DNA from: Candidatus Pelagibacter ubique HTCC1062
Lineage (GTDB): Bacteria; Pseudomonadota; Alphaproteobacteria; Pelagibacterales; Pelagibacteraceae
NCBI RefSeq assembly: GCF_000012345.1
Contig: NC_007205.1
Span: 750,001 to 782,000 of the forward strand
Length of the DNA stretch: 32,000 bases
Reading direction: 5' to 3'
A program made the position numbers and the translations under genes. Under the pieces are notes generated by a model. That model saw only the letters and a list, made by a program, of their open reading frames with translations. It ran no database searches and had not been told where the DNA came from. Shown here in pieces: positions 16,554 to 24,386 of this stretch (position 1 is its first letter; each line of letters starts with the position of its first letter).

Positions 16554-16599
16554 TTTTTTTTATTATCAATTTTTTTTTATTTTTATAATAATCTGTTTA

Positions 16600-17475
16600 A
16601 TGAAATTTATAAAAATATTTTTAACATCACTCTGTTTAATAATCACAACTGTAGCTAATGCAGATGTAGCCTCTCAAGCTTTAAATAAAGTATCTGAAAA
16701 AATATCAAATTTAATCCCAGGTGAAGGAATTACTGAAGTATCTTTAGATTATAATGATGGTGATGAGGATCAGCTTAACTTCTCAATATTAGGGGTAAGA
16801 GATATTGAAACAACAGATAACTCTAATTTTTTTACTCAATTTAGTTTGATGAACCAGGAAATAAACAGTTCCGGAAGAATTATTGGAAACATAGGCTTAG
16901 GTTATAGAAAACTATCTGAAGATAAAAATTTTATGTTTGGCGCAAATACTTTCTACGATAGAGATTTAACAGAGGGTCAAGACAGATTAGGCCTTGGTAT
17001 TGAAGCTAAAGGTTCAATTTTAGATTTAACTGCAAATAGCTATACAAAAATTTCAAACTCTGAAGTTGTTAATGGTGATAGAGAGCAAGTTTTATCTGGT
17101 TGGGATTTTAACTTAACATCTCAAATTCCAAGAGCACCATGGGCTAGAATTAATTATAATGGTTATAAATGGGAAACTGAAAAAGGATCTGCTGATCAAA
17201 AAGGTAATATTTATTCTCTAGAACTAGATGTAACAAACTCAGTAGAAGTTGTTGCAAGTTTAGACAAATCCTCACTAAATGGTGTGGATGATGAAACTTC
17301 TTTAAGTATTAATTATATTTATCCACCAAAAGAAAAATCTATGGTGATGTCTGACGGTTTATCAAATGACATGTTTGAAAAAAGTAACATGGAACAAAAA
17401 TTAAAAGAAAAAGTTAGAAGAAGAAATAAACTAGTAATGGAAATTCAGGGAGCAGTCGTCATGACTAAAAAATAA
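16600..17475 (+). CDS. Inverse-autotransporter (intimin/invasin-type) beta-barrel domain protein without passenger domain
   Basis: Signal peptide MKFIKIFLTSLCLIITTVANA|DV. Its motif order matches the intimin beta-domain as I recall it: FFTQFSL, GNIGLGYR, GANTFYDRDL, RLGLGIEAKG..LDLTANSY, GWDFNLTSQIP..PWARINYNGYKWE, and a terminal RRRNKLVMEIQG linker-like segment. The ORF ends 7 residues later. Confidence 0.7.
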   Translation: MKFIKIFLTSLCLIITTVANADVASQALNKVSEKISNLIPGEGITEVSLDYNDGDEDQLNFSILGVRDIETTDNSNFFTQFSLMNQEINSSGRIIGNIGLGYRKLSEDKNFMFGANTFYDRDLTEGQDRLGLGIEAKGSILDLTANSYTKISNSEVVNGDREQVLSGWDFNLTSQIPRAPWARINYNGYKWETEKGSADQKGNIYSLELDVTNSVEVVASLDKSSLNGVDDETSLSINYIYPPKEKSMVMSDGLSNDMFEKSNMEQKLKEKVRRRNKLVMEIQGAVVMTKK

Positions 17476-17479
17476 TATT

Positions 17480-18199
17480 ATGATAAAAAATCTATTTTCT
17501 AAACTAATCATTTTTTCTTTTTATTTAATTTTCACAAATAGTTTATATGCAGCAGAAAATGTTAAAGGACCAGCAACAGAATATATAATAACAATGACTA
17601 AAGTCGAAATATGCGAAAGTGGCAGCACAATAGCAAATTGTTTAAATCCTATTGATATAACAACTGGTAATGGTGCAACAGCCGACATAGCTTCAGTAGA
17701 AGCTGGAGTAACAGCAGCAACAGTTGCAGATTTTGGAAAAGCTACATTAGGAAAAACTTATACGTATATTCAAACAACCATGTCAAGAGCAATGACGATA
17801 ACAGGAACTGCAGGAAATTGTAAAACTAAAGCAGGTATAAACGGGTCTTTAGGTGGTTCTGCAGGAGGTGCAGCAGTTGGTCATACTGGTACAGCGGGCT
17901 CTGCAATATTATATGTTCCGCACTTTACGCAGGATACTGCAAATTATTCTATGATGGAGGGATCAAATGCTGACGGTAGTTCATTGGCTACATTAGCAAC
18001 TGTAAGAACAACTGATACACATTTTAGATCAAGACAAATTTTAACATCACCTTACACTCCTGTTGCTGGATCAAGCCCTACAGTTTTTGTAGCATTTGAC
18101 ACTTCAGTTGCCGTAAATGAAGTTGATGATGCAAGTTGTACTGATGCTGGACTTCAAGCTGCACCACCTACAGTAACTCTAACAGTTCAAGGTCAGTAA
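17480..18199 (+). CDS. Secreted Thr/Ala/Gly-rich hypothetical protein
   Basis: Starts 4 nt after the preceding stop. Signal peptide ...FTNSLYA|AENV. The mature part has four Cys (45, 54, 114, 220). Its composition differs sharply from the Lys/Ile/Asn-rich neighbours. I recognise no family. Confidence 0.7.
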   Translation: MIKNLFSKLIIFSFYLIFTNSLYAAENVKGPATEYIITMTKVEICESGSTIANCLNPIDITTGNGATADIASVEAGVTAATVADFGKATLGKTYTYIQTTMSRAMTITGTAGNCKTKAGINGSLGGSAGGAAVGHTGTAGSAILYVPHFTQDTANYSMMEGSNADGSSLATLATVRTTDTHFRSRQILTSPYTPVAGSSPTVFVAFDTSVAVNEVDDASCTDAGLQAAPPTVTLTVQGQ

Positions 18200-18205
18200 T
18201 TTTCT

Positions 18206-19159
18206 TTGAAAAAATTATTAGTATTCTTTTTAACCTTCTTTTTTTCTAATTTAACTTTTGCAGCAGACGAAAAACCTGGAAGGTTTTTTGAAGACCAGCC
18301 TGATGTAACAGATGACCATCAAATTCACTTTATATATTTATTACCATCTGATGGTGAAGACAGAGAGCTAGATATAAATGGTAGCATGGAAAGTATTTTA
18401 GAAAAAGTAAACAATACAATGTTTGAAGCTACAAAAGCAAATAAGGGTTCAGGTGGGTTAGGTAAAAAATACAGATATGATTACAGAAAAGATGGAAAAC
18501 TAGATATCACATTTATTAGAACCAGTAAAAACTGGAAAGAATTACAAGATAAAAGTGTTAACACTCAAATGGGTCATTATTTCAATCAAGTTGGTGGTTT
18601 TAACAATAAAAAGAAAACATATTTCCTATGGACCGATGTTGATAGAGGAAATCATGGTGGAGATGCTGGTGTTGGAATAGGTGGAATATTTGTTAAAAGT
18701 AATGGTAGATCTGGAGATGTAATGAAACATGAAAAAGATTTTTTAAATATTAACCTTCATGAGATTTTGCATACTCAATTAATGGGAATTAAATGTATTA
18801 AAGGTATGGGAAAAATTCATTATTCAAATCATTCAAATAGTGGTGATAATCATATGCTTAGTAGTGGAACTAAGTTAAATAAAAATTTATATACCCATAA
18901 TATTGAAGGATGTCCTCAGCTTATAGATAGCGTTTATCTAACACCAACCTCAGAAGATCCATACAATCCTTATGAGATAATGTGTGAAAGAAATCTTGGA
19001 AAATACACTCACCCTAAGTTAGTTAAAATAATGCAAAAAGCTAAAAAATCTAACAAGTGGTATAAAAATAGAATTGCACCAACTTGCAATTGGAGAGACT
19101 GGACTGGAAAATTTGCAAAGTCTGGAGAAAAGTTTGGTTTCTTTGGTGAGATGAAATAA
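18206..19159 (+). CDS. Secreted hypothetical protein with HExxH motif (putative zinc metallopeptidase-like)
   Basis: TTG start 6 nt after the preceding stop. Signal peptide MKKLLVFFLTFFFSNLTFA|AD. HEILH lies at residues 185-189 (nt 18758-18772). Several Cys and His lie downstream. Confidence 0.65.
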   Translation: MKKLLVFFLTFFFSNLTFAADEKPGRFFEDQPDVTDDHQIHFIYLLPSDGEDRELDINGSMESILEKVNNTMFEATKANKGSGGLGKKYRYDYRKDGKLDITFIRTSKNWKELQDKSVNTQMGHYFNQVGGFNNKKKTYFLWTDVDRGNHGGDAGVGIGGIFVKSNGRSGDVMKHEKDFLNINLHEILHTQLMGIKCIKGMGKIHYSNHSNSGDNHMLSSGTKLNKNLYTHNIEGCPQLIDSVYLTPTSEDPYNPYEIMCERNLGKYTHPKLVKIMQKAKKSNKWYKNRIAPTCNWRDWTGKFAKSGEKFGFFGEMK

Positions 19160-19201
19160 ATCTTGCTTTAGCACACTTAAGATATTAGCTTTAAATCTTA
19201 A

Positions 19202-20683
19202 ATGACAATCGACTATAAAAAAATTTCTAAAAATCTAAAATTTGAAGGCAGAGCTTTTATTGATGGTAAATACGTTGATGCCATTGATGGTGAAAAATTT
19301 GAAAATATAAATCCTGCAACGGGTGAAACTCTTTGTTCAGTTTCAAAATGTAATCATAAAGATGTTGATTTAGCAGTTAAAGTTTCAAGAAAGGCTTTTA
19401 ATAGTGGTGTTTGGTCTAGAACATCTCCAGAATTTAGAAAAGATGTCTTACTGAAATTTGCAGAATTATTAAGAAAAACTGGTGAAGAAAATTCTGTTCT
19501 TGAATGTGTAGATACAGGAAAATTAATTGGAGACTGCATTAATGAGGTTGCAAATGATGCGCCAATGCATTTTCAGTGGTATGGAGAATTAATAGATAAA
19601 GTATTTGGTAAAGTTGGACCAACAGAACCATCACTAACTAGTTTAATTGTTAAAGAACCAATTGGTGTTGTTGCTGGAGTTGTTCCTTGGAATTTCCCTT
19701 TAATGATGGCAGTTTGGAAAATGGCACCAGCATTAGCTGCAGGATGCTCTGTTATAATTAAACCAGCAGAAGATACACCTTTAACAGCAATTAGAGTTGC
19801 TCAAATTGCAAAAGAAGCAGGTATTCCAGATGGAGTTTTAAATGTATTACCTGGCTTTGGTGATGTTGGTGAAGCACTTGGTAGACATGATGATGTTGAT
19901 GCAGTTTCATTTACTGGCTCAACAGAAGTAGGTGGACTGTTCATGAAATATTCTGGTGAAAGTAATTTAAAGACAATTGGTTTAGAGATGGGTGGTAAAA
20001 GTCCGTTCATCGTTTTAGAAGATGCAAAGATTACAGATAATTTAATTGATAATGCAATTAATTCTGCCTTTTGGAATGGTGGACAGAACTGCTCTGCAAA
20101 TATGAGGCAAATAATTCACACTAAAGTTAAAGATGAATTTTTAGATAAAGTTTCCAAAAAAGTAAAAGCTCTTAAAGCTGGAGATCCATTAGATCCAAGT
20201 TCAAACATGGGGTCAATGATTTCTAAAAAACATTTAGCAACAGTTGATGGTTATATTCAAAAAGGAATTGATGAAGGTGCCAAATTATTATTTGGAGGAG
20301 TTTCAAGTAAAGATCAAAAAGGCTTTTTTGCAAAACCAACTCTATTTGATGATTTAAAAGAGAACATGACAATTGCTCAAGAAGAAATTTTTGGACCAGT
20401 ACTTGGTGTTCTTACAATCAATAGTGACGAAGAAGCTTTGAAAATTGCAAGTAATTCAAAGTATGGATTGCACGCAAGTGTTTTTACTCAAGATATTGAT
20501 AGAGCTTTTCATATGGCAAAAAGTTTACCTTGTGGAACTGTTTCAGTTAATACTTTTTCTGAAGGTGATATTAAAACACCTTTTGGTGGATACAGACAGT
20601 CTGGTTCATTGAGTAGAGATCAAGGTACAGAAGCTCTGGACCAATACCTTCAAACCAAGACTATTTGGATTAGTCATTCATAA
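19202..20683 (+). CDS. NAD(P)-dependent aldehyde dehydrogenase, PuuC-like (gamma-glutamyl-gamma-aminobutyraldehyde dehydrogenase-type)
   Basis: 493 aa. Motifs: VPWNFPL, FTGSTEVG, the catalytic Glu in LEMGGKSP, the catalytic Cys in GGQNCSA, EEIFGPV and PFGGYRQSG. The C-terminal KTIWIS matches E. coli PuuC as I recall it. Confidence 0.9.
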   Translation: MTIDYKKISKNLKFEGRAFIDGKYVDAIDGEKFENINPATGETLCSVSKCNHKDVDLAVKVSRKAFNSGVWSRTSPEFRKDVLLKFAELLRKTGEENSVLECVDTGKLIGDCINEVANDAPMHFQWYGELIDKVFGKVGPTEPSLTSLIVKEPIGVVAGVVPWNFPLMMAVWKMAPALAAGCSVIIKPAEDTPLTAIRVAQIAKEAGIPDGVLNVLPGFGDVGEALGRHDDVDAVSFTGSTEVGGLFMKYSGESNLKTIGLEMGGKSPFIVLEDAKITDNLIDNAINSAFWNGGQNCSANMRQIIHTKVKDEFLDKVSKKVKALKAGDPLDPSSNMGSMISKKHLATVDGYIQKGIDEGAKLLFGGVSSKDQKGFFAKPTLFDDLKENMTIAQEEIFGPVLGVLTINSDEEALKIASNSKYGLHASVFTQDIDRAFHMAKSLPCGTVSVNTFSEGDIKTPFGGYRQSGSLSRDQGTEALDQYLQTKTIWISHS

Positions 20684-20724
20684 AAAGATAAATAATATTA
20701 GGGATTATAAGTAGATAATTTTCT

Positions 20725-20754
20725 TTGACTTGCTCAAAAGTTTTAAGTTATGCT
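20725..20754 (+). promoter_or_regulatory. Candidate sigma-70-type promoter of proX
   Basis: TTGACT (20725-30), an 18-nt spacer, then TATGCT (20749-54), about 30 nt upstream of the proX ATG. Such matches arise easily in AT-rich DNA. Confidence 0.3.
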
Positions 20755-20784
20755 AGTTTTTTTAAATTAATCGAGAGGGATATA

Positions 20785-21747
20785 ATGAAAATAATAAAAA
20801 CTACACTTGTAGCTGGTTTGATTTCTTTATTTGCTACTTTTTCAACATTTGCTGAGAAAGTTAAAATTGGAGATCCAGGTTGGACAGGTGCAACAGCTAT
20901 TGCAAATTTATTAGCAGCAGTTGTTAATGACAAAATGGGTGGAGAAGCAGAATTAGTTCCAGGAAATAATACTGCAATCTACGCAGCAATTGATAGAAGC
21001 AAAGGTGAGATAGAAGTTCACCCTGATATCTGGCTACCTAATCAACAGGCTTATACTAACGATCTAGTTCCTAAAGGAACTCTTAAGTTAAGTTCAAAAC
21101 CTTATGAAGGAAACCAAGGATATTGTGTGTCTCAACAATTTGCTAAAAAAATGAATATTACAGCAATTGAAGACTTAGCTAGACCAGAAGTTGTTAAAGC
21201 AATGGACAGTGACGGAAATGGTAAAGGTGAGTTTTGGATTGGTGCTGATGGATGGGCTTCTGCAAATGTAAACCAAGTAAAACTTAGAGATTACGGTTTA
21301 TACGATGCAGGCATTGAAGCAATCAGAGCTGCTGAAGCTGTAAAAAATGCAAGAGTGCTTGACTCTATTAAAAAAGGTGAAGGTTATGCATTTTATTGTT
21401 ACAAGCCACATGCAATTTGGGGAATGGCTGATGTAGTTATGTTAACTGAACCTAAGTTCGATGAAGCAAAATACAAAATGGTTCAGCCTAAAGAAGATGC
21501 TGATTGGTACAAAAAATCTTATGTTGCATCAAAAGATGCTCTTAAGCAAATCCAAATCGGTTGGGGAACTTCTTTAGAAGCAAAGTCACCAGCGATTGTT
21601 GATTTCTTTAAGAACTTTCAATTGTCAGCAGACGATGTTTCATTAATGGCTTTTCAAATTTCAGTTGAGAAAAAAGATCCAGCTGATGTTGCTAGAACAT
21701 GGATGAAAAACAATAAGTCTAAAGTTGATGGTTGGTTAGGCCTTTAA
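20785..21747 (+). CDS. proX: Glycine betaine/proline betaine ABC transporter substrate-binding protein
   Basis: The ATG at 20785 is preceded by GAGAGGGA; the track start at 20725 is an upstream extension. Signal peptide ...FSTFA|EKV. The segments GDPGWTGATAIANLL, DSDGNGKGEFWIGADGWASANVNQ and a C-terminal VDGWL parallel E. coli ProX. Confidence 0.85.
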   Translation: MKIIKTTLVAGLISLFATFSTFAEKVKIGDPGWTGATAIANLLAAVVNDKMGGEAELVPGNNTAIYAAIDRSKGEIEVHPDIWLPNQQAYTNDLVPKGTLKLSSKPYEGNQGYCVSQQFAKKMNITAIEDLARPEVVKAMDSDGNGKGEFWIGADGWASANVNQVKLRDYGLYDAGIEAIRAAEAVKNARVLDSIKKGEGYAFYCYKPHAIWGMADVVMLTEPKFDEAKYKMVQPKEDADWYKKSYVASKDALKQIQIGWGTSLEAKSPAIVDFFKNFQLSADDVSLMAFQISVEKKDPADVARTWMKNNKSKVDGWLGL

Positions 21748-21762
21748 GTTAAACTAAATTTT

Positions 21763-21789
21763 ACCCGGCAACCAAATTTGTTGCCGGGT
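21763..21789 (+). terminator. Intercistronic GC-rich hairpin (partial terminator / mRNA-stabilising element) between proX and proV
   Basis: Perfect 10-bp stem: ACCCGGCAAC (21763-72) pairs with GTTGCCGGGT (21780-89) around the loop CAAATTT. ATATTTCTTT follows. Confidence 0.6.
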
Positions 21790-21829
21790 ATATTTCTTTA
21801 AAAAATTATTAAATTTTCGAACGGACTTG

Positions 21830-22879
21830 ATGGACTCAGCTATAGAAATAAAAAATGTTTGGAAGATTTTTGGCAACACTTCTGTGGAAGCATTAAATGC
21901 CATTCAAAATAATCGTATTTCAAAACAAGAAGCTTTAGAAAAATATAATTCAGTAATTGGTGTATCAGATGTCTCTTTTGACGTTAAAAAAGGAGAAATA
22001 TTCTGTGTAATGGGTCTTTCAGGAAGTGGTAAATCCACTTTAGTGAGACATATCAATAGATTACTAGAACCTACTTCAGGACAAATTTTGATCGATAATG
22101 AAGATGTAATGAAGTTTGATCCAAAAAGTTTACAAGATTTAAGGAATAAAAAGATAGGCATGGTTTTTCAAAACTTTGCTCTAATGCCTCACCGATCAGT
22201 TTTAGACAATATAGCAATGCCGCTTGAAATAAGAGGTATTAGTAAAAATGATAGATTGGATGCTGCTAATAAGATTTTAGATATTGTGGAACTTCAAGGT
22301 TGGGGAAATAAATTTGCCCATGAACTTTCAGGTGGAATGCAACAAAGAGTAGGATTAGCTAGAGCTTTAGCAGCGGATCCTGATGTTTTATTAATGGATG
22401 AACCTTTTAGTGCACTAGACCCATTAATAAGAAGACAGCTTCAAGCAGAATTTATCAAACTTTCAAAACAAATGAAAAAGACTACAGTATTTATAACTCA
22501 TGATTTAGATGAAGCAGTAAGAGTGGGTCATAGAATTGCTATCATGAGAGATGGAAAAGTTATCCAAATAGGAACACCAGAAGAAATAGTAATGAAACCA
22601 GCAGATGATTATGTTGCTGATTTTGTAAAAGGAATATCTAGATTAAAAATTATTCAAGCAAAATCTATCATGCAGCCTGTTGAGAAATTTGAAAAAGAAT
22701 TTGGATTAATATCAAAAAATTTAGAAAGCGTTCATGAAAATGATTTACTAAATAAGTTGATAGAAAAATCCTCTATTAAGGATGAGCCGATATTAGTAAT
22801 TAATAATGAAAACAAAAATATTGGTATAATAACACAGGCAGAATTATTAAAAGCTGTTGTAGAGGGTAGTGATGGATAA
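21830..22879 (+). CDS. proV: Glycine betaine/proline ABC transporter ATP-binding protein with C-terminal CBS-like region
   Basis: Walker A GLSGSGKST, signature LSGGMQQRVGLARAL, Walker B LLMDEPFSALD, and ITHDLDEA. A C-terminal extension of about 80 aa is typical of ProV/OpuAA. A TTG at 21827 is an alternative start. Confidence 0.9.
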   Translation: MDSAIEIKNVWKIFGNTSVEALNAIQNNRISKQEALEKYNSVIGVSDVSFDVKKGEIFCVMGLSGSGKSTLVRHINRLLEPTSGQILIDNEDVMKFDPKSLQDLRNKKIGMVFQNFALMPHRSVLDNIAMPLEIRGISKNDRLDAANKILDIVELQGWGNKFAHELSGGMQQRVGLARALAADPDVLLMDEPFSALDPLIRRQLQAEFIKLSKQMKKTTVFITHDLDEAVRVGHRIAIMRDGKVIQIGTPEEIVMKPADDYVADFVKGISRLKIIQAKSIMQPVEKFEKEFGLISKNLESVHENDLLNKLIEKSSIKDEPILVINNENKNIGIITQAELLKAVVEGSDG

Positions 22880-24377
22880 TAAAGCAAACAGAAACCCATC
22901 AAGAGATGAATTAATTACTGACTTTGTAAAAAGTAATCCAGACTATTATATTAAAGAGTTTAAAAAAATTGGTAGCAAGCCTACTTACTCATTTTCATTT
23001 AATTTATTTGCATTCATATTTGGACCAATTTGGTTTGGAATGCGTAATATTTGGAATTGGACTTTAGCTTTTTTAATTATTGAAACTTTTTCAGTAGTAC
23101 AAATAATCAGAGGTTTATTTGGTAATATTACGGCAGAGGCCATTGCTAAAGTTGAACAAGTAAAAAGCACTATAGCCTTTAGAAATAAACAATTAGAAGC
23201 TGCGATAGAAAATAATCCAGACAAAATTGATGTCTTTGAAAGAAACATAAAATCCTTAGAGGATGCTATGCAAGGTTATTTAGATGAAATTACGAGAATA
23301 GAAGCTTCAGCAATTTGGATAGCAATTTTTGGTTTTATTTTATTGATAGGAATTAAAATTGTTCAGGGTGTTTTGGCAAATTCAATTTTAGAAAAGAAAT
23401 ATTCTGAATGGTTATCCGATAAATCTATTCATCCAGGGATGCAGATGAAAAATTATATTTTAAGTGGTGTTTTTACCTCTGTTATAATGATTTTTACAGT
23501 TATCCATTACAGTTTTCCGGGCTTACTTCAGATAATGGATACGTTCCCAACACATCCTGAAATAAGATTATTTTCAATTAAATGGATAGAAATTGTTTTT
23601 GATTATGCCGTTGTTAAAGGAGATTTAATTTTTACAGCTATAACAATTGGTATTAGGTCCGTATTAGATTTCTTAGAATTATTGTTTGTTAAAACTCCTT
23701 GGATTGTAATTATAACTGCAATTGTAACTTTAACTGGGTTATCTGCAGGACCCAGGGCTGCAATTTATTCTACAGGATTTTTATGTTACATGGGTTTTTT
23801 AGGTTTCTGGGTTAAAGCAATGACTACACTTGCCTTATTAGGAACTGCTGCAGTTTTAAGTATAGCAATTGGAATTCCGCTTGGAATTTTCTGTGCAAGA
23901 CGACAAAGATTTTATTCATTAATTAGACCGATAATGGATTTCATGCAAACAATGCCAGCTTTTGTATTTATGATTCCAGTAATAGCGTTTTTTGGAACTG
24001 GAAAGGTTGCAGCAGTAATTATTACAATGATTTTTGGTGGTACACCTGTTGTAAGACTTACAGTTTTAGGGTTACGTGGAGTGCCAGAAACAATTCGAGA
24101 AGCTGCTATCGCATACGGTGCAACTAAATGGTATTTGCTGAGAAAAGTAGATCTGCCACTAGCTACACCTTCAATTTTAGCAGGTGTGAACCAAACAGTA
24201 ATGTTAAGTTTAGCCATGGTAGTTGTAGCATCTCTAATCGGTGCAAAAGGTTTAGGTCAAGATGTTCTTGAGGCATTGCAATATGCTAATGTTGGACAAG
24301 GTATACTTGCGGGTATAGCTATTTTATTTGTTGCATTAATACTTGATAGGGTTGTTCAGGGTAAAAAAAGAGTTTAA
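22872..24377 (+). CDS. proW: Glycine betaine/proline ABC transporter permease with N-terminal DUF2628-like membrane domain
   Basis: The C-terminal 280 aa or so form a BPD-type permease with the EAA loop EAAIAYGATKWYLLRKVDLPLATPSILAGVNQ. The N-terminal 200 aa or so are an extra domain. The ATG at 22872 is preceded by GAGGG and overlaps the proV stop. Confidence 0.9.
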   Translation: MDNKANRNPSRDELITDFVKSNPDYYIKEFKKIGSKPTYSFSFNLFAFIFGPIWFGMRNIWNWTLAFLIIETFSVVQIIRGLFGNITAEAIAKVEQVKSTIAFRNKQLEAAIENNPDKIDVFERNIKSLEDAMQGYLDEITRIEASAIWIAIFGFILLIGIKIVQGVLANSILEKKYSEWLSDKSIHPGMQMKNYILSGVFTSVIMIFTVIHYSFPGLLQIMDTFPTHPEIRLFSIKWIEIVFDYAVVKGDLIFTAITIGIRSVLDFLELLFVKTPWIVIITAIVTLTGLSAGPRAAIYSTGFLCYMGFLGFWVKAMTTLALLGTAAVLSIAIGIPLGIFCARRQRFYSLIRPIMDFMQTMPAFVFMIPVIAFFGTGKVAAVIITMIFGGTPVVRLTVLGLRGVPETIREAAIAYGATKWYLLRKVDLPLATPSILAGVNQTVMLSLAMVVVASLIGAKGLGQDVLEALQYANVGQGILAGIAILFVALILDRVVQGKKRV

Positions 24378-24386
24378 TAAAACTTA

